IMG/VR virus record: IMGVR_UViG_3300027971_000044
Location: 17,487 to 81,486 of that record
DNA: 64,000 nt
Reading direction: 5' to 3' (one strand)
Origin: a virus
In this document: positions 29,701 through 39,186 of the stretch, piece after piece
Position numbering within the stretch: position 1 is the first letter of the stretch
How the letters are laid out: the number at the start of each line of letters is the position of its first letter
Notes under the pieces: model-generated
What the model was told of the DNA's origin: nothing
Database searches by the model: none
What the model saw: the letters and a program-made list of their open reading frames with translations, nothing else
Translations under genes and position numbers: made by a program

Positions 29701-30249
29701 TCAAAAACAGCACTTCCAATTGCTGAAGATAAAGCTAAGTACGGAGGCAATACAAATAAAGGTGGGCTTTCTCAAATTGCAAAAGAAACAATTGTTAGAG
29801 AAAACAAATTAAAGGTTGGACAATTTTTTGAATATGGCGGTAATACATATAAAGTAGCAGCTTCAAATTATATTGTAAATCAAGGCCCAACTCCTATTAA
29901 GAAATCATTAGGCGGACCATTTGCTGCTGGACAACTTATGCAAATAAATGATAGAATTAATCCGTTAGGTGCACAACAAGAAGGAATGATGATTAGACCT
30001 GATTTCTCAGGAGTAATTTATCCTAATGCCGCAACAATGCCACAATATAATATTCCTTCATATTCTACATCAAGTGGAATTAAGCAAGGCGGAGCAGGAT
30101 CAAGCAACTCTAATGTTACAATTAATGCTACACTTAATTTTGCAGAAGCTCCAAAGAACGGAAGACAGCTTTGGAAAGAATTTAAAGATATTGCTAGATC
30201 AGAGGGTGCAAAAGTTGGAGAGACAGTACTAGTGGGAGGAATGAATTAA
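23707..30249 (+). CDS. tape measure protein
   Basis: 2180 aa, Ala/Gln/Lys-rich and helical; NWGKNTQWAGRQL; TP901-like core; hydrophobic segments. Confidence 0.92.
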   Translation: MADENIVTNIVANADFSGLIADVNKVAASLSKLQAQIIQSDARLASQVATMNRSFGENLRRTGQFATHFVTLTSDVEKFGTNLDRGQMKLKQYFQTFSQHTKTQGGLIRDLAKQQVALQNAIIQPMGKNAQGLMQYSVHIPQGLDAIKNKTALAKQELQIMNKVIQDGGVQMINWGKNTQWAGRQLTVGLTVPLAAFGKAAADAFRMADAELVRLTKVYGGVAATSAAELGKVRREVTETARDIAKAYGVSFKDTITLAADIAATGKQGNELLASVKETSRLAVLGEVDRQDAMKATLAIQNTFKQNTDQLSESINFLNAVENQTSTSLADLIEAIPKAGPVIQGMGGSVKDLALYLTAMKEGGINAAEGANALKSALASLINPTKVATAKFADMGIDLGGIVSKNAGNLTETILELQKALDNLDPLQKQQAIEQLFGKFQFARLNALFSNLGKQGSQTLQVMDLMKASSQELAGVAGRELSMVTESASGKYRRAVEGLKADLAGVGEEFLKIQTFFINVVDGIIKFINKLPDPIKSLLTFVTGFTAIIGPVIMLTGVLANFFGYIIKGASHFRSLFKGGEGWKMLTPEILAAQKAGSLVEQTFYSDAKAATVLKTAIAGLVTEFELLQSKAMTGAVSAGPAISTVAGNLVSPGGMGRVVNPDHPLISPEDTRSMSHLNPVAGMTLDQKSQQTIFSTVPGAPKVNQKIGNNPQMYMSGDLPKIPGLTSIGGASTGIVAAEAAKWHAMTGALAMQSETEIALLKKEVQTTGLITSSLSDSYQALLPTMTKLTANAATESAAIVAELQAGKITVDQARSKIIQLNAQVESMIAQASIDIAGQQGRSIGLTTVPLLNQPVVNAAGKSNMKELLRPGRTRSLLNKIAGGLGVRTFGAGYSTETTIPKRFANGGVVYRGDGSDDPELQGPQFIPMGTDKIPAMLTEGEFVVTKEATAANLPVLQAMNNNPAPLKIDTSRGPVRAHASTSVSMMGHHVRDAYGDHLPAGMDDFITAYPDQELLIKDGQILGLYREENDALRVGKRGLTKQELIRALDVPESRLFKHLPGMDAHTQSTLKSDLLHFANQLPEGQMFHDDTLSDIFAKSKKKTFVSLPPASKESFKSVIQAASKPKYITQGSLGNLMTGDEVQMGSKEARAKAAGSTMTFTSPQRKDAVIVNGRTHESGQTRSFRKSIQDDPKAGRPNPRLIKTPFAEKMAQAAMTARWRRSGGTRYPSKGGLMYMADGGMVRGYANGGMAQAPQYFVDGTDDPVKPGRITFGSAYSQQREKGFVGKGMASGPMAGMGIGMGMGMAGGMMGGQAGQIMQMASILPMMAPNLLSGIPKMLGNISGGLKGVGGAAGLAGKAMGMFANAGPLLALTAAITVSYLAFKKFKQEQEQNRIEQSNSIGITEKSAAEAGIKYNNLSNSIKAVNDQLELTRAKGKNAYESLNSSGVQGLTLSIKELRDNIKQAKTDQKELVATFTNIDEGTKGQRQQKVLDIATNLKTQMVAAGMSAQDATNEIYSIISASDKASMAFNAISSKGFREIIDATTAADSMITKLGKNMNTLSGEDLGNAISNTAVALEGNFQKLLKTKDENGKILTQQEAMSKMLSDINSKQGSQTTITQGQIEALKKTQPELAAILNTSDNVAGMYAKWRLLLSGVRTDLSQISSEQAQSLATFEAALDSAISASEKTSSGSGVTFKAQSSIAALQKLIAAGGQKAAVNAQKTQDQIKEEIKLIDKKIDKINEEADARKKALAATQSKENLALEIQKAQLEYADKMAAGDMAGAAQAQLKIKQLVGERETQKAIDAIEENRAKREKALIAEREKLQALSDKAAKNLTNAQNNAASATERMNKIDQYQNEYQRIQKEKNRVDIILDKDPVNKEALKDRDNLVRGPLSNLAKQVSADAKGSDKNLATEIKKIFTGTLIDKDGNSTAGKVILPRTKVAGGYKEGDADKALAKDAAISKDAAEKIMGGKSLGDLYNAYMGIGPAGSTTSKTALPIAEDKAKYGGNTNKGGLSQIAKETIVRENKLKVGQFFEYGGNTYKVAASNYIVNQGPTPIKKSLGGPFAAGQLMQINDRINPLGAQQEGMMIRPDFSGVIYPNAATMPQYNIPSYSTSSGIKQGGAGSSNSNVTINATLNFAEAPKNGRQLWKEFKDIARSEGAKVGETVLVGGMN

Positions 30250-30731
30250 TGGCAAGCACAGTATATTTACCAGTAGGTTCACTTCTATATATTGACACCT
30301 CTACTACAGATACCCCGACATGGGTAAAGCTTTCAGAACATAACAGACAGCCAATGTCTATTGGACAAAACCGTATTCAAAAAGTAACTAGAATGAGCAA
30401 TGGAACACTTAGAAAGTTTTTTATTGCAGATAAAAGAGAATTTAGCACATCATGGAATATGCTTCCATCATTTTCAAATATGACAGTAGATGCAGGATAT
30501 GGAGCGGTAGATTTAAAATCATATTTTGAGGGAACTAAAGGACAAGGCGTATTTAAACTTAAGATAGTATATGGTAAGAATCAAACGACACCATTTGCGG
30601 ATAGAGAAGAAATATTTACGGTGTCTTTTACATCTTGCAGTTTTGAGGTAATAAAGAGAAACGTTAAAAATTTGTCAGCTGATCCAGCTCAAGAATTTTG
30701 GAATGTTTCTATTGCAATGGAGCAGGTATAA
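30249..30731 (+). CDS. distal tail-like protein
   Basis: Directly after the TMP; LSEHNRQP and RMSNGTLRKF motifs. Confidence 0.65.
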   Translation: MASTVYLPVGSLLYIDTSTTDTPTWVKLSEHNRQPMSIGQNRIQKVTRMSNGTLRKFFIADKREFSTSWNMLPSFSNMTVDAGYGAVDLKSYFEGTKGQGVFKLKIVYGKNQTTPFADREEIFTVSFTSCSFEVIKRNVKNLSADPAQEFWNVSIAMEQV

Positions 30732-32980
30732 TGATTACCTCAGTTCCATCTACGAATAATACTGTCGTACAGAATTTATTTAAGCAGCAATCATCAGTTA
30801 AGATAAACACAGGCTGCACAATAGAATATAACATGAACTCTATGCTTGATAACATTACTGTTACATACCCATCTACCATGGATCAATATTATGCTAAATC
30901 TGAAAATGGTAAAGTAAATACTTACAAAAAGCTTTTTCCAATAGATTCAATTATTAAACCTTTTCGTCCACTTTACTCTGGAGTAAAGTATTTGATTTGG
31001 ACAACAGCACAAACAGATACTCCAGCAAATAGTTTTTATTCACCCAAGACATTAATTTATCCAAGAGCAACATCCCCACAAACAGATGGATATGAGTCTG
31101 CAGTTGCAACACTATACCCAAGAGTTTACTATCCTGGAGTAACAACTGCATATAAATATTGGGTTACGCCAATAAATCAAAACGCAGATTTAACTGTTAC
31201 ATACTCTCTTGTTTCCGCAACAATTAAAGAAGCATCCTCTTCTGGGTCTATTGTAACTTATAAAACATTGAATAACCATGGGCTATCTTCTGGACAAACG
31301 GTTACTATTACTGGCCTATCAACATCTGCTTTTAATTTATCAGCAAGCGTAATTGCTTCTACTCCAAGCCCTACATCTTTTACTATTGCATCATCTGCAA
31401 CAGGAGCTTGGGCAAGGGAGCAATCAGCAACGGCAACATTATCTGCAGCAACAAAACCTGCCGTATCAAATAAAATTGTTGCAAGATTTGAAAAAACACA
31501 TGCCCTTCCAAGCAACTACACAATGACAATTACATATTCAGACGCAACAACAGCAACGGTTGGGCCATCTACCGTAGATGCATCAGGTCAGGTCGTACTG
31601 TATTACAACGGAACTACTTGGACTACAACAGAGCCTTCTTCATATGCTACTCCTAAACTAATTAAATCAATTCGGCTTCAAGCAACAAACCCAGGCGGCG
31701 GGAAAGTATTAGGTGTTATTGAGCTATCAGCAAGATGGATAAAGGATATATCATCGGATATAGTTTCACTTGATATACAAAAAGAATCCTCTGCCAGCTC
31801 AGAAGATATATTACCAGTCGGTAAAATTACTGCAAACAGCCTAAGTCTGGATGTAGTTAAATATAATCAATCTAGTCTTGAATATGTTTCATATAATAGA
31901 GCATCAGATTTTGATATAACAAAGTCTTACTTAGTAAAAAATGCTGAGCTTAAGCCATATTTTTCAGTATATCATTCTGCAGGAACATATGGATCTGCAG
32001 GAGAATTATACGATAAAGTTCCACAAGGGTCTTACTATATAGACTCATGGAGCATAGGAGATACTGGGGAGGTGTCTTTAAATGCTTTAGATGCTGCCAA
32101 ATATTTAATGGATACATTAGCCCCAGATATTTTATGCGAGTCATACCCAGTAACTAGCATTATAAGAAGACTACTAGACTCAGTAGGATTTACAAGTTAT
32201 GAAATTAGAACTGCAACAGATGATAAGTCTATCCCAGTTATTAATTACTGGTGGACAAACGGATCAAAAACAGTTTGGCAATGCCTTCAGGAATTATGCC
32301 GTGACATACAGATGAATGCATTTTTTGATGAAAATAATATATTACAGTTTGCAAGCCGTGATTATATATATAATAAAAGTTCGATAGACTGGGCTTTTAC
32401 TTATGATGCAGATGGAACAACCCTTCCTAATATAATTGATTTTAATAAACAAGAAATTCCTTCTGCAAATCAAGTTAAAATTTTATGGCAAAGTCAGTTA
32501 ACATCCAACTATGCTGGTAACTCAGGAGACCTGTGGACTGATGAAGTTTCTTACCTAAGCGCTGGTGGTTTAAGATCTGACATTGCTGCGGACACATCAC
32601 CAGAAAATACTATTCTAGCGGTAGATGTAGAAACACTAGATCAATATAGTAATGCAACCTTGTATAACTACGCGGGTTATGTTATGATTGATTCAGAAAT
32701 AATTGAATATGATGCAATACAGTATCAATACACACCAATTGGCTCATACACATCCCAAAATGTTTGGGTTGCTTCCTCGTCAGATGTAAATAAATATAGG
32801 CATTTATCTAAGCCAGGATATTCGGATATAAATAAGCCAGCAGAATCTGCATACTTTAGACCAACAGGATTATATAGAGTAAAGACAAGAGGAGCGTTTG
32901 GAACTACATCAGCGTACCACGCAGCCTCCTCACTTACTGGGCTAGCGGACTGGTCTCAAAGAAAGGCTACGTGGGAATAA
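30731..32980 (+). CDS. minor tail/baseplate hub protein
   Basis: TAATG start; VWQCLQELCRDIQMNAFFDENNIL hub-like motif. Confidence 0.7.
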   Translation: MITSVPSTNNTVVQNLFKQQSSVKINTGCTIEYNMNSMLDNITVTYPSTMDQYYAKSENGKVNTYKKLFPIDSIIKPFRPLYSGVKYLIWTTAQTDTPANSFYSPKTLIYPRATSPQTDGYESAVATLYPRVYYPGVTTAYKYWVTPINQNADLTVTYSLVSATIKEASSSGSIVTYKTLNNHGLSSGQTVTITGLSTSAFNLSASVIASTPSPTSFTIASSATGAWAREQSATATLSAATKPAVSNKIVARFEKTHALPSNYTMTITYSDATTATVGPSTVDASGQVVLYYNGTTWTTTEPSSYATPKLIKSIRLQATNPGGGKVLGVIELSARWIKDISSDIVSLDIQKESSASSEDILPVGKITANSLSLDVVKYNQSSLEYVSYNRASDFDITKSYLVKNAELKPYFSVYHSAGTYGSAGELYDKVPQGSYYIDSWSIGDTGEVSLNALDAAKYLMDTLAPDILCESYPVTSIIRRLLDSVGFTSYEIRTATDDKSIPVINYWWTNGSKTVWQCLQELCRDIQMNAFFDENNILQFASRDYIYNKSSIDWAFTYDADGTTLPNIIDFNKQEIPSANQVKILWQSQLTSNYAGNSGDLWTDEVSYLSAGGLRSDIAADTSPENTILAVDVETLDQYSNATLYNYAGYVMIDSEIIEYDAIQYQYTPIGSYTSQNVWVASSSDVNKYRHLSKPGYSDINKPAESAYFRPTGLYRVKTRGAFGTTSAYHAASSLTGLADWSQRKATWE

Positions 32981-34692
32981 TGAGTGCATATAGAGAGTAT
33001 GAAAGTTACATTCCTCAGTCAACTACCAATATTGGTGCCATACCAGAAATAACTTTTGTTTCAACATCATCAATTTCTGTAAAAATTTCTAAAACAAACA
33101 TGACGGTAGAACCAGCAAGCTATTCTGTAACATACTATAAATTAGATTCAGTCGGAGTTATTGTCTCTGGCACCTCTCAAACGGTAACAAAAACTGAAAA
33201 TCCATTTACAATAAGTGATCTTTCAACAAATCAATCCTATGGAATTTCTGTAAAAGCAAGCAACGGCAGCACGTTCGGCAATACTGTATATCGATCATTT
33301 GCAACTCCAATTGAGTATAATGTTGCAGGATATAAAGGCACTGTTGTAGATATTAATAAAGCCGCAGCCGCAAAATCATTTTTAAGAATGTCTAACAGCT
33401 CAACTAGTCCAAAAGAATATTCTGTTGCGTATAGAACATTTACTGCAATAACATTACCAACAACTACTTTCTCATATGCTGGACTACCTTCTTATATTCA
33501 AGAAGCAATAAATTCATACTCAACAAGCCATTACGCATTTGGTACAAAGATGTTCTTAGAGTCTATTATTGATAGAACAAAACAGTCTGCAGGGTTTGGA
33601 TTCTTTGTAGACGGTCAGGGAAATGACGGATATTATATCTTAATTGACAGCACAGAAACAGCAGGTGCCGTTAATAAAAAAGAAGTCAGGATATGTAAAG
33701 TAAAAGGCGGAGATATACGTGTATTAAATGACACTCAAAAAAATACAGTAACAAGTCTTAATGGGGTATACGGCGGAAGATCTTATGATATTGATGTTAA
33801 GGTTAAAGTAAATCTATCAACCGTAAAGATAAATGTATATATAAACGGATTTTTAATTACAGCAACAGACAGCTCTGGAGTGTATGAGGATGAAAATGGA
33901 AAAAGCTCTGTCAACCAAATATTAAAACCAACAAAAACAATTGCCATAGTTTGTAAATATGGAGAGGCTATATTTGATTATGTCTACGGAACGGACATTT
34001 TAGAAAAATCATATAACGACTCTGAATTTGTAAGCAACATGTACAGAGGATCCTTTTCCAACGACTATTTAAATACTGGGTTTGGAGATATTATATATAA
34101 TAACTCAATAGAAGAAGATAATCAATTAAAACCAGTGGGCCTTGATGAGTTTGGTACATCGGTTAGAGAAATTAGAAAGGTATCTTTAAGATATAATAGC
34201 GCACCAGCATACCCTATTAAATTTTCAACAGGCCTGAATACATCGGTAAAACTCCTTGGCTCAAAGCTTAGCAATTTTGGAGGAGAGGCCTATGTCCTTA
34301 ATAACAGCTCAGCGCTTACCCCACTAAATGATGAAAAGGCTGCAACTTTTTATTTGTATGGAGACACTATTGCCCCATCTGGAACCCTAGAGTATAATTC
34401 CGACATATTGTCTGATTATATAAATCAGGAGCCAGTAGTATTTGAGTCCTCGTGGCTACAGAACCTTTCAGATGTAGAGGCTTTAGGCACATGGATTAAA
34501 AATAATATTGTAAATAAAGGTAAGCTAATTAATTTATCAGTTTTTGGAAACCCATTTATTGCAGTTGGCGACATAGTCTCTGTCAAGTATTCATATCAGG
34601 GGTTAGACGGCACACAAAAATTTATAGTTACAAATGTTAGACATACGTTTAGCGAAGGTCTAGATACGGAGATCACATGTCGATCCTTATAG
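32980..34692 (+). CDS. minor tail protein
   Basis: TAATG start; N-terminal FN3-like segment; C-terminal FGNPFIAVGDIVSV tail motif. Confidence 0.7.
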   Translation: MSAYREYESYIPQSTTNIGAIPEITFVSTSSISVKISKTNMTVEPASYSVTYYKLDSVGVIVSGTSQTVTKTENPFTISDLSTNQSYGISVKASNGSTFGNTVYRSFATPIEYNVAGYKGTVVDINKAAAAKSFLRMSNSSTSPKEYSVAYRTFTAITLPTTTFSYAGLPSYIQEAINSYSTSHYAFGTKMFLESIIDRTKQSAGFGFFVDGQGNDGYYILIDSTETAGAVNKKEVRICKVKGGDIRVLNDTQKNTVTSLNGVYGGRSYDIDVKVKVNLSTVKINVYINGFLITATDSSGVYEDENGKSSVNQILKPTKTIAIVCKYGEAIFDYVYGTDILEKSYNDSEFVSNMYRGSFSNDYLNTGFGDIIYNNSIEEDNQLKPVGLDEFGTSVREIRKVSLRYNSAPAYPIKFSTGLNTSVKLLGSKLSNFGGEAYVLNNSSALTPLNDEKAATFYLYGDTIAPSGTLEYNSDILSDYINQEPVVFESSWLQNLSDVEALGTWIKNNIVNKGKLINLSVFGNPFIAVGDIVSVKYSYQGLDGTQKFIVTNVRHTFSEGLDTEITCRSL

Positions 34693-34710
34693 TCGACTAA
34701 ATGATATAAT
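34690..34710 (+). promoter_or_regulatory. palindromic operator plus extended -10 (leaderless)
   Basis: TAGTCGACTA at 34690-34699; TGATATAAT ends 6 nt before ATG 34717. Confidence 0.6.
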
Positions 34711-34716
34711 AATAAA

Positions 34717-35487
34717 ATGACACAAGACAATAATAGAGTTGACGGAAAATCAGTTGTTACTGGTCCTCCCATTGTTTTGCCAAAAAATTCTCCAGATCGT
34801 GTCTTTGTAAGACGAACAGTTGGAATAGATATTGATGAAGGGAATTCTTCTAATTTAGTTTCTCCATTTTCTATAGGAGTAGGTTCGGGAGGATCAGGCG
34901 GATCCACTCCAGCAGATCCAAATCTTCCAGTAGTAATAAATGATATCCCACAATTAACAGACATTGAAAATATTACTTATCAGCAATACTATGACACTTT
35001 TAATTCAATAAGAATTAAAGCAATTATTAAAATTAGAAACTCTAGCAAAAATAAAGCAAATGTAATTGGAGTAGATGCAAGAAATGAACCTAGGGGGCAA
35101 GCAGTATCAACTGCAACAGCAACTCCCATAGGATTTAAAATGCCTTCTCCCAATGTCCCATCTGTTAAATTTGATAGAACGGGAACCGCAGTAGCATGGG
35201 GCTGGGACAATGTAACTGGTCTTGGATCATATCAATCAGTTAGCTATGAATGGGAAATTAGATCCGCATCTAGTGTAACAAGCACAAAAATAAGTTCTGG
35301 GATTAAGTCATATGTATCTGATGCTACACTAGCAATAGGAAATAGCGGAGTAAATAAAGATTACAGGGTTAGTTCTGCACAAGGAGACACTGCTGCAACT
35401 GCTTCTGAAAGATGGCTAAGGGTAAGAGTTGTTATTGTTGCAACGGACGGCAAAACATATTATTCAGGATATTCTACACCACTCTAA
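34717..35487 (+). CDS. minor tail protein (hypothetical)
   Basis: 256-aa ORF in the tail module; beta-rich C-terminus. Confidence 0.65.
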   Translation: MTQDNNRVDGKSVVTGPPIVLPKNSPDRVFVRRTVGIDIDEGNSSNLVSPFSIGVGSGGSGGSTPADPNLPVVINDIPQLTDIENITYQQYYDTFNSIRIKAIIKIRNSSKNKANVIGVDARNEPRGQAVSTATATPIGFKMPSPNVPSVKFDRTGTAVAWGWDNVTGLGSYQSVSYEWEIRSASSVTSTKISSGIKSYVSDATLAIGNSGVNKDYRVSSAQGDTAATASERWLRVRVVIVATDGKTYYSGYSTPL

Positions 35488-35495
35488 GGGGAATC

Positions 35496-36419
35496 ATGTT
35501 AAAGGGAACATATATATATTACGAAAACGGACAAGAAGTATACAGATCCGAAAATGTCATTACCAAATATGGTAAAAGATTTTTAACAAGCTTTTTAGCG
35601 GGAAGAGATTCTTTTTCATCAAAGTCAATGGCGTTTGGTATTGATAGCACTGCCGCATTAGATACAAACACAAGGTTAGGATTTGAATTCTATAGAACTC
35701 CAGTCTTGTTTGGAAGCACCGACATACAAACATTAAATGATGCAACAACATATTCTATAGTTTATAAAGCAACAATCCCACAAGATGTTGCAGGATACAT
35801 TACAGAAGTTGGGCTATATCCAGAATATAAAGAATCTTTAAGCTCTTATGATAGCAAATTTATAGCAGATTTTGATAATCAATTAGACTGGACAAATGCA
35901 CCATCAATAACAACAACAAGTGCTAGGGTTGGTCAGTACCTTTTAAACATGTCATCTAACGGAACATCTGCAAAAGAGTATAAAACAAATGTACAGGCAA
36001 TAGACCTTTCGGGCTATAGCGTAAATGATACTTTAAAGCTAGCGTATGTAAAAAATGATGCTAATCTACAAAACATTATTATTAAATTTTATAGCTCATC
36101 TGTAGACTACTATTCAGTAACCGTAACTCCAGCCTCTGGGACTGGATATAAAATATCTTCTGATATAACATTAAATAATTTATTTTCAAATGCTAGCACA
36201 TTAAACGTTGATCCATCTAATATTAATCAAATTGCAGTAACCATAACACCAGTATCTGGCCAATCAACCTCAGTTGGGCTAGATGGTTTAAGAATTAATG
36301 ACGAAGATACTTTTGACCCAAATTTTGGTTTAATTAGTCGTTCAGTATTAACAACACCATTAGTAAAATTAGCTGGAAGGCAAGTAGACGTAGAATATAG
36401 ATTGGATCTAGGATTCTAA
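35496..36419 (+). CDS. minor tail/baseplate protein
   Basis: ATG after AAGGGG; NVITKYGKRF, LGFEFYR and ITEVGL motifs. Confidence 0.7.
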   Translation: MLKGTYIYYENGQEVYRSENVITKYGKRFLTSFLAGRDSFSSKSMAFGIDSTAALDTNTRLGFEFYRTPVLFGSTDIQTLNDATTYSIVYKATIPQDVAGYITEVGLYPEYKESLSSYDSKFIADFDNQLDWTNAPSITTTSARVGQYLLNMSSNGTSAKEYKTNVQAIDLSGYSVNDTLKLAYVKNDANLQNIIIKFYSSSVDYYSVTVTPASGTGYKISSDITLNNLFSNASTLNVDPSNINQIAVTITPVSGQSTSVGLDGLRINDEDTFDPNFGLISRSVLTTPLVKLAGRQVDVEYRLDLGF

Positions 36420-36420
36420 T

Positions 36421-39186
36421 ATGGCTTATGAAGATCTAGATGATTATAGCGTAGGCGCTGCAGGCAGCGATACGTTTGATATTGTCATCCCAGACTTAGA
36501 TCCATCTACAGCATATCCAATTCAATTCAGATGGCAGTTTGCAGATAAAACCGTAGGTCAATGGTCAGTGGCTAAAATATTAAATACCCCTGAAATTGCT
36601 CGTCCAGAATCAACAAACATAGTTGCAGTATGGAATGGAATAAATTTAGAAATTACTTGGGATGCGCCAAGTCTTGCAAATGGGTTTGTTATATATTTGA
36701 CATCTGGATCAACCACAGTTCCATTTGGTTATACGCTAGATAAAAGCAAAACAGCACAGAAAGCAATTATTACAGCACAAAATCTTAGAGATAGTTTTTC
36801 TGGAGTATTTGTTACAACGCTTACGGGACTTTTAAAGACCACATATATAGATACATCAACCAGCGGATCAGCATTTACAATTCCAGCTTACTCAGACCCA
36901 CTGGCTGGGGCGGCAATTTTAGATTCTAGTTGGGCAATTACTGCAGTAGATTTAGGATTTTCTGTTAGCTGGGATGCTATACCAACAACAGGAACATATT
37001 GGGAAACCGTTGTTTACAAGTCTTCAACAGCAAATGGAACATATCTTCCAGTCGGAAGCGCAACAAATGCTCCAGTTATAATTAAAGAATTAAATACAGT
37101 ATATATTAAAATTAGACACCGCCTAATAACTGGAGGATATTCAGCCTACTCAAATTATAAAGTTGGAGCAGCCTACGTTCCAATTGTATTTGATACAACT
37201 CCACCAAATGACGCAACTGGAGTTTCTGCAGCATGGTCTGGCGACGATATTGTTGTATCTTATACTATGCCAGACACAGACTCGGGTGCAAGATTTGAAA
37301 TTGTTTTAACAAATAGCGGAGTATCTCGAACATTTTTTAAATGGCCTTCATCTCAAACTGGGGCAGGATCTGTAAAGATAACAGATTCAGAGCTATTTGC
37401 TCAGTTTGGACAAAGATACACATCCTATACTGGCCTAATAAAATCTATTGATAGTGGAGAAAATAAAACATCAGGAGTTGCATTTACTGTTGCATCAAAA
37501 GTAAATGCCCTAGCAGCAATCGTTCCAACGTTTACTGTTACTCAAATATCAAATGGATACACTGTTGTATATTCCTTACCATCTGGAGCCTCTTATGCTA
37601 AAGTATATGAAGGAGCAACATCAGGATTTACTCCAAACGATTCTACAAATTTAGTTTATTCTGGATCAAGTCCAGGAGTAGTAATTAATTCAACATACTC
37701 TGAAGTTTTTATTAAGATAAAATATTTTGCTATAGACGGAAGCTCTTCATTATCATCAGCAGCACAAGCAGTTACCCCACTAGAAGCAGGAATGCTTTCT
37801 TTAATTGCCAATGAAGTTAAGATAAGCACAACAGGATCTATTCTTGCGGGAGATTCTGCAACAAGCGGTGGAAGAGCAATATTAAATAAAACGGGTTTGT
37901 ATGTATACAACACTGGAGGATCACCTTCAACTCAAATTATAGCTAACGCTACAGACGGAAGCCCTACTTTAATAACAACAAATGCAAAAATTGCAGACTG
38001 GATGGTTTATTCGGGTAAGATTGAAAATACATTACATGCAGGAACAACGCAATATACTGGGTTATCTCCAAGTGGTACGTACGCCTTCTGGGCTGGCTCA
38101 ACTACAGCGGGTGGAGATGCCTCTGCTAAATTTTCTGTAACTCCAGCAGGTGCAGTTATAGCAAGAAATATTTCTGTATATGGCGGAACCCTATCTGTCG
38201 GAGCAAATTTTGATGTAACTTCAAACGGAGTACTTACGGCAACATCTGCAAACGTAACGGGAACAATTAATGCTCAGGCGGGTGTATTTAAAGGAACAGT
38301 GGACGTTGGAAGTGCCACAGATACTGGCGGAGTATTGAGAGTATCCGCTGGATCTGGAACAATTTTAATTGGTACAAATGCTTTAATTAATGGAACAACA
38401 ACAGCTGCAATTACAGCATCAAGCGGGGGAACAACAAACTTTTATGTAAGAGCCTCAGATGGATATTTATTTAGTCAGTATGGAAAAATTGGCGGATGGG
38501 ATATTGGAACTTCAAAACTAAGTGGTGGAGGAGGAGCATCTGCTGTAGGATTACAAATTGATGCTACAGCTGGAGGATATGCGTTTTGGGCAGGAGCGGG
38601 AACCCCAGATACAAATACCCCATTTTCAGTAACAAATACTGGAGTACTACGTGCAACAGGCGCAATAATTAGCGGACAAATATCAGTAACGTCTGGAAAA
38701 ATTGGAAACCAAACGACGGGCTGGAATATTAATGGAACAACTTTAGAATCATATGGATATCCAGTTGGAACATCACCGCTTTTATTAAATTCAAGTACAG
38801 GAACAATTTCTGGCGGTTTAATAACTGGAGTAAAATTAATAGCATCAGCATTTGAATTTACAGCAGGATCAGATTATTTAAAATCCGACGGATCATTTCG
38901 TTTAGGAAATGGAATTTTATCATACTCTGGTTCAGAAATTCTTGTTGGTGCAAATCTTAAGTTTACCCCAGATACTAGAGTTGTTGATGATGATAATGAC
39001 TACGGTAATTCAAGCTCTGTTTCAGTAAATACAAATGGAGAATTAACAAGAGGTAGAGCATTTTATTATGGTTCTACAACAATTCCAGGCAGCGGTAATA
39101 CATCTAGAGCGGTATATAACCGTGCAACAAACTCATATCAAACAGTTAGTTTTGTTGCGGGAGATATATGGATGACGGTAGACTAA
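36421..39186 (+). CDS. tail fibre/central fibre-like protein
   Basis: FN3-like N-terminal half; beta-repeat motifs (GKIGGWDIG, FSVT..G); ends GDIWMTVD. Confidence 0.75.
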   Translation: MAYEDLDDYSVGAAGSDTFDIVIPDLDPSTAYPIQFRWQFADKTVGQWSVAKILNTPEIARPESTNIVAVWNGINLEITWDAPSLANGFVIYLTSGSTTVPFGYTLDKSKTAQKAIITAQNLRDSFSGVFVTTLTGLLKTTYIDTSTSGSAFTIPAYSDPLAGAAILDSSWAITAVDLGFSVSWDAIPTTGTYWETVVYKSSTANGTYLPVGSATNAPVIIKELNTVYIKIRHRLITGGYSAYSNYKVGAAYVPIVFDTTPPNDATGVSAAWSGDDIVVSYTMPDTDSGARFEIVLTNSGVSRTFFKWPSSQTGAGSVKITDSELFAQFGQRYTSYTGLIKSIDSGENKTSGVAFTVASKVNALAAIVPTFTVTQISNGYTVVYSLPSGASYAKVYEGATSGFTPNDSTNLVYSGSSPGVVINSTYSEVFIKIKYFAIDGSSSLSSAAQAVTPLEAGMLSLIANEVKISTTGSILAGDSATSGGRAILNKTGLYVYNTGGSPSTQIIANATDGSPTLITTNAKIADWMVYSGKIENTLHAGTTQYTGLSPSGTYAFWAGSTTAGGDASAKFSVTPAGAVIARNISVYGGTLSVGANFDVTSNGVLTATSANVTGTINAQAGVFKGTVDVGSATDTGGVLRVSAGSGTILIGTNALINGTTTAAITASSGGTTNFYVRASDGYLFSQYGKIGGWDIGTSKLSGGGGASAVGLQIDATAGGYAFWAGAGTPDTNTPFSVTNTGVLRATGAIISGQISVTSGKIGNQTTGWNINGTTLESYGYPVGTSPLLLNSSTGTISGGLITGVKLIASAFEFTAGSDYLKSDGSFRLGNGILSYSGSEILVGANLKFTPDTRVVDDDNDYGNSSSVSVNTNGELTRGRAFYYGSTTIPGSGNTSRAVYNRATNSYQTVSFVAGDIWMTVD

